A stretch of DNA of 64,000 bases from Candidatus Omnitrophota bacterium (GTDB lineage: Bacteria > Omnitrophota > Omnitrophia > Omnitrophales > Aquincolibacteriaceae): NCBI GenBank assembly GCA_003140935.1, contig PLLJ01000041.1:12212-76211 (forward strand), read 5' to 3'. The stretch's first letter is position 1. Every line of letters begins with the position of its first letter. The notes below the pieces were generated by a model. It did not search any database, was not told the origin of the DNA, and was given only the letters and a program-made list of their open reading frames with translations. Of this stretch, positions 61,778-64,000 are shown piece by piece. A program made the translations under genes and the position numbers.

Positions 61778-62644
61778 CTAAGCGGGCTTATTAGTCTTTG
61801 CTCTCAGGAAAGGTGCCAGTTGATCCAAGGCGTCCATGATATTGACAGGGACGGCCAACACAACCGTATTCGAAGCTGTAGGCCCCAAACCATCGATCGT
61901 CTGTAGAGTCCTGAGCTGCATGGCTCCGGGACTCTCCGCCATAGTCTTGGCCGCGAGAGCGAGATTCGCCGCAGCATCGCGATCGCCTTCGGCCTTCGTG
62001 ATCGTCGCACGTTTTTCCCGCTCGGCAGAGGCTTGACGGGACATCATTTTCTTGAGATCTTCGGGCATGTCGATGTCCTGGATCCGGATGCCGGTCACTT
62101 CAAGGCCCCAGGCTTCCGTGTCTTTTTCCACATTCGCCTCGATCTTCTTCCCGATCTCTTCGCGCTCCGTGAGAAGCTGATCCAGCGTCATTTGTCCGAT
62201 CACATCGCGAAGCGAAGTCTGCGAATATTGTGAGATCGCGTAACGGTAATCCTGAACTTTAATGATCGCGTTCGAGGGATCATCAACTTTAAAAAAGATA
62301 ACGCCATTGATCTTCACGGGGACATTATCCCGGGTGATGACCTGCTGCGAAGGGATGTCCATCGTTAGGACGCGCATATCGATCTTCCGGACTTCTTCAA
62401 TGACCGGAATGATAAAAAAAAGACCCGGTCCCGCGATCCGGCTGAATTTTCCAAGCTTGAACACAACGCCCTTTTCCCATTGCACCGCCATCTGGACCCC
62501 CGAGGCAATGACCATAGAAATAAAGAACCAGACCATGCCAAGAAAGGCCCCAAGGCCCTGGTTCGCCATAAAAATAGGCGCGCCTATAAAAAACCCGACA
62601 ATGAGAAGCGCGAAAAAAATAAGTCCTGAGATCGGATTATTCAT
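61778..62644 (-). CDS. SPFH/band-7 (stomatin/prohibitin-like) membrane protein
   Basis: The ATG at 62644 has GGAGG 5 nt upstream. An N-terminal TM helix (ISGLIFFALLIVGFFIGAPIF) precedes the SPFH domain (VITRDNVPVKINGVIFFKV...). The track's upstream extension lacks a ribosome-binding site. Confidence 0.8.
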   Translation of the reverse strand: MNNPISGLIFFALLIVGFFIGAPIFMANQGLGAFLGMVWFFISMVIASGVQMAVQWEKGVVFKLGKFSRIAGPGLFFIIPVIEEVRKIDMRVLTMDIPSQQVITRDNVPVKINGVIFFKVDDPSNAIIKVQDYRYAISQYSQTSLRDVIGQMTLDQLLTEREEIGKKIEANVEKDTEAWGLEVTGIRIQDIDMPEDLKKMMSRQASAEREKRATITKAEGDRDAAANLALAAKTMAESPGAMQLRTLQTIDGLGPTASNTVVLAVPVNIMDALDQLAPFLRAKTNKPA

Positions 62645-62814
62645 GGAAGACCTCCGTGTTGGGGTTGCAAAGTCCCGGGAGCCCGCGGGACGGAGTGATG
62701 GCTCAATACTCTTCAGGGATTCGACCAAATCGTTGAAACCAGGTTCTTGCTCCATAAAACGGTGCCCTTTGTTCGGGAACAAACAATTGGGCAGATTCTA
62801 ACCTCGGGCTGGGA

Positions 62815-64000
62815 TTATTGCAAGCCGCCGATCTCCAACTGCAGGTCGCCTACCGTACCACTTGCGCTTGCAACAGAATACTGGTCCACAACGAATTTAA
62901 TGGACTTAACATGGCTGAGATCGACCCGTCCCGCCGCCAAGGACGCCAAGAATTTGTAATAACCCGATGACACGATATCCGTGTTCGATGTGGTGTAGGT
63001 ATTCCCGTGAACATCTTCGATCTCGATCTTCACATTCTTGGCAACAGACGAGGTCGCATTGATCCCAAAGATCAGAGGGACCGCAGAAAGATTAACGCTG
63101 CTGCCGTTATGGTTGGGATCAAAGTTCAGGACAATTCCCGCAAAAGCATTGGCGTTTGTCAGATCGAAATGAAGTTGAAAGAAATTCGTTCCAAAAATGT
63201 GTTGTAGCGTGCTGTTTGAAGAGGAGCTTCCAAGTTGCGCCACACCGCTGACCGACGCGCTGTTCACAGGTAGAACTGTGACAGCGGGCGAACCTGGTTG
63301 GGCCGTAAAACCGACCACGGGTGCAGATGGCACGTGCTGGAAGTCGATTGCTTGGATCGTGAAATCTCCCGTCGCATCCCCCCCTTCCTGAGCGTCCACC
63401 ACAAGATCGATCTCTTGAACATTGGCAAGAGCCGCTTGATTCGGAAGATCGACCACAAGGCGCGCGAATTTCGCCCCTTGCTCAAGCGCTACCGTCGTCT
63501 GATAAAGTAACAGACCGGCACCGTCCTTGAGCTCAATACGCACAAACTGAGGAGAATCTACGGCCGAATAGTTCAGGATAAGCTGATTCGCTTGAGCATT
63601 ATAGGGCTGGCTCAACTTCCAGAAATGCCCGCCATCCACCCCTTGCAAGTCGGTATAAGCAAGACGAACACCATAAATCAATGTGGTTTCGGGAGGTGTC
63701 GGAGGTTTCGTAACCGGAGGAATGGTATGAATATAGTTAATAGCCCCTTCGGACGCGATGTGGCCAAAAACCGCCAATGAACGATCCGGAAACTCAGGAG
63801 TATTAGGCAATCCAGAACCGGTCCGATCAATAGCCATTTGCTGGCTCATATGATCATAAAGTTGATTATAATTATCTTCCATTCCGCGATTTCGAAGATA
63901 GGTCGTAAAATCATCCGGCCCGTTCCCCGCAAGACCCAGAACCATGGATGCCACATCGATCCCGATAAAGCGATTGTTGATCTCGGAACCGGATCGGGCG
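62815..64000 (-). CDS. Hypothetical S/T/G/N-rich, beta-rich protein; the 5' end runs beyond the window
   Basis: The reading frame stays open from the track's GTG start at 63954 up to the window edge at 64000, so the true start is probably outside the window. No recognisable domain. Repetitive small-residue composition suggests a surface or secreted beta-structure protein. Confidence 0.5.
   Translation of the reverse strand, partial: ARSGSEINNRFIGIDVASMVLGLAGNGPDDFTTYLRNRGMEDNYNQLYDHMSQQMAIDRTGSGLPNTPEFPDRSLAVFGHIASEGAINYIHTIPPVTKPPTPPETTLIYGVRLAYTDLQGVDGGHFWKLSQPYNAQANQLILNYSAVDSPQFVRIELKDGAGLLLYQTTVALEQGAKFARLVVDLPNQAALANVQEIDLVVDAQEGGDATGDFTIQAIDFQHVPSAPVVGFTAQPGSPAVTVLPVNSASVSGVAQLGSSSSNSTLQHIFGTNFFQLHFDLTNANAFAGIVLNFDPNHNGSSVNLSAVPLIFGINATSSVAKNVKIEIEDVHGNTYTTSNTDIVSSGYYKFLASLAAGRVDLSHVKSIKFVVDQYSVASASGTVGDLQLEIGGLQ

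Overview
This 64-kb window looks like a diderm bacterial chromosome segment at roughly 50-55% GC. Most genes lie on the minus strand. The organism is not identified from the sequence.

Housekeeping genes cover most of the window: pckG, metH, uvrC, murJ, rpsT, holA, lptE, leuS, the rplU-rpmA-obg-proB-proA-nadD cluster, trxB, the mlaFED ABC system, a complete ribBA-ribH-nusB-ribD-ribE operon, and tRNA-Leu(CAA) and tRNA-Ala(GGC) genes.

Several accessory regions stand out:
- At the left edge, a B12-binding radical SAM gene and a SPASM radical SAM gene follow a stand-alone response regulator, with a small ORF between the two enzymes. This looks like a peptide- or cofactor-modification cluster.
- A six-gene group-4 [NiFe]-hydrogenase (Hyf/Ech-like) module is bracketed by the intact tRNA-Leu and a perfect 43-bp copy of that tRNA's 5' half, which points to site-specific insertion.
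- A ParA/MinD-type ATPase is fused to an AMPK-beta/CBM48 glycogen-binding domain. It sits in an operon-like array with two uncharacterised proteins, a bactofilin fused to an excisionase-type HTH, and a second, membrane-anchored HTH protein. I rank this highest as a possibly undescribed cargo-positioning system.
- An exeA/gspB-like pair plus a 31-aa transmembrane micro-ORF lies beside comEC and a giant TPR/coiled-coil secreted protein.
- A SpoIIAA/SpoIIAB-type partner-switching pair is wedged between the rib and mla operons.
- A small secreted protein family has two copies, one of them sitting where MlaC would be in the mla operon.
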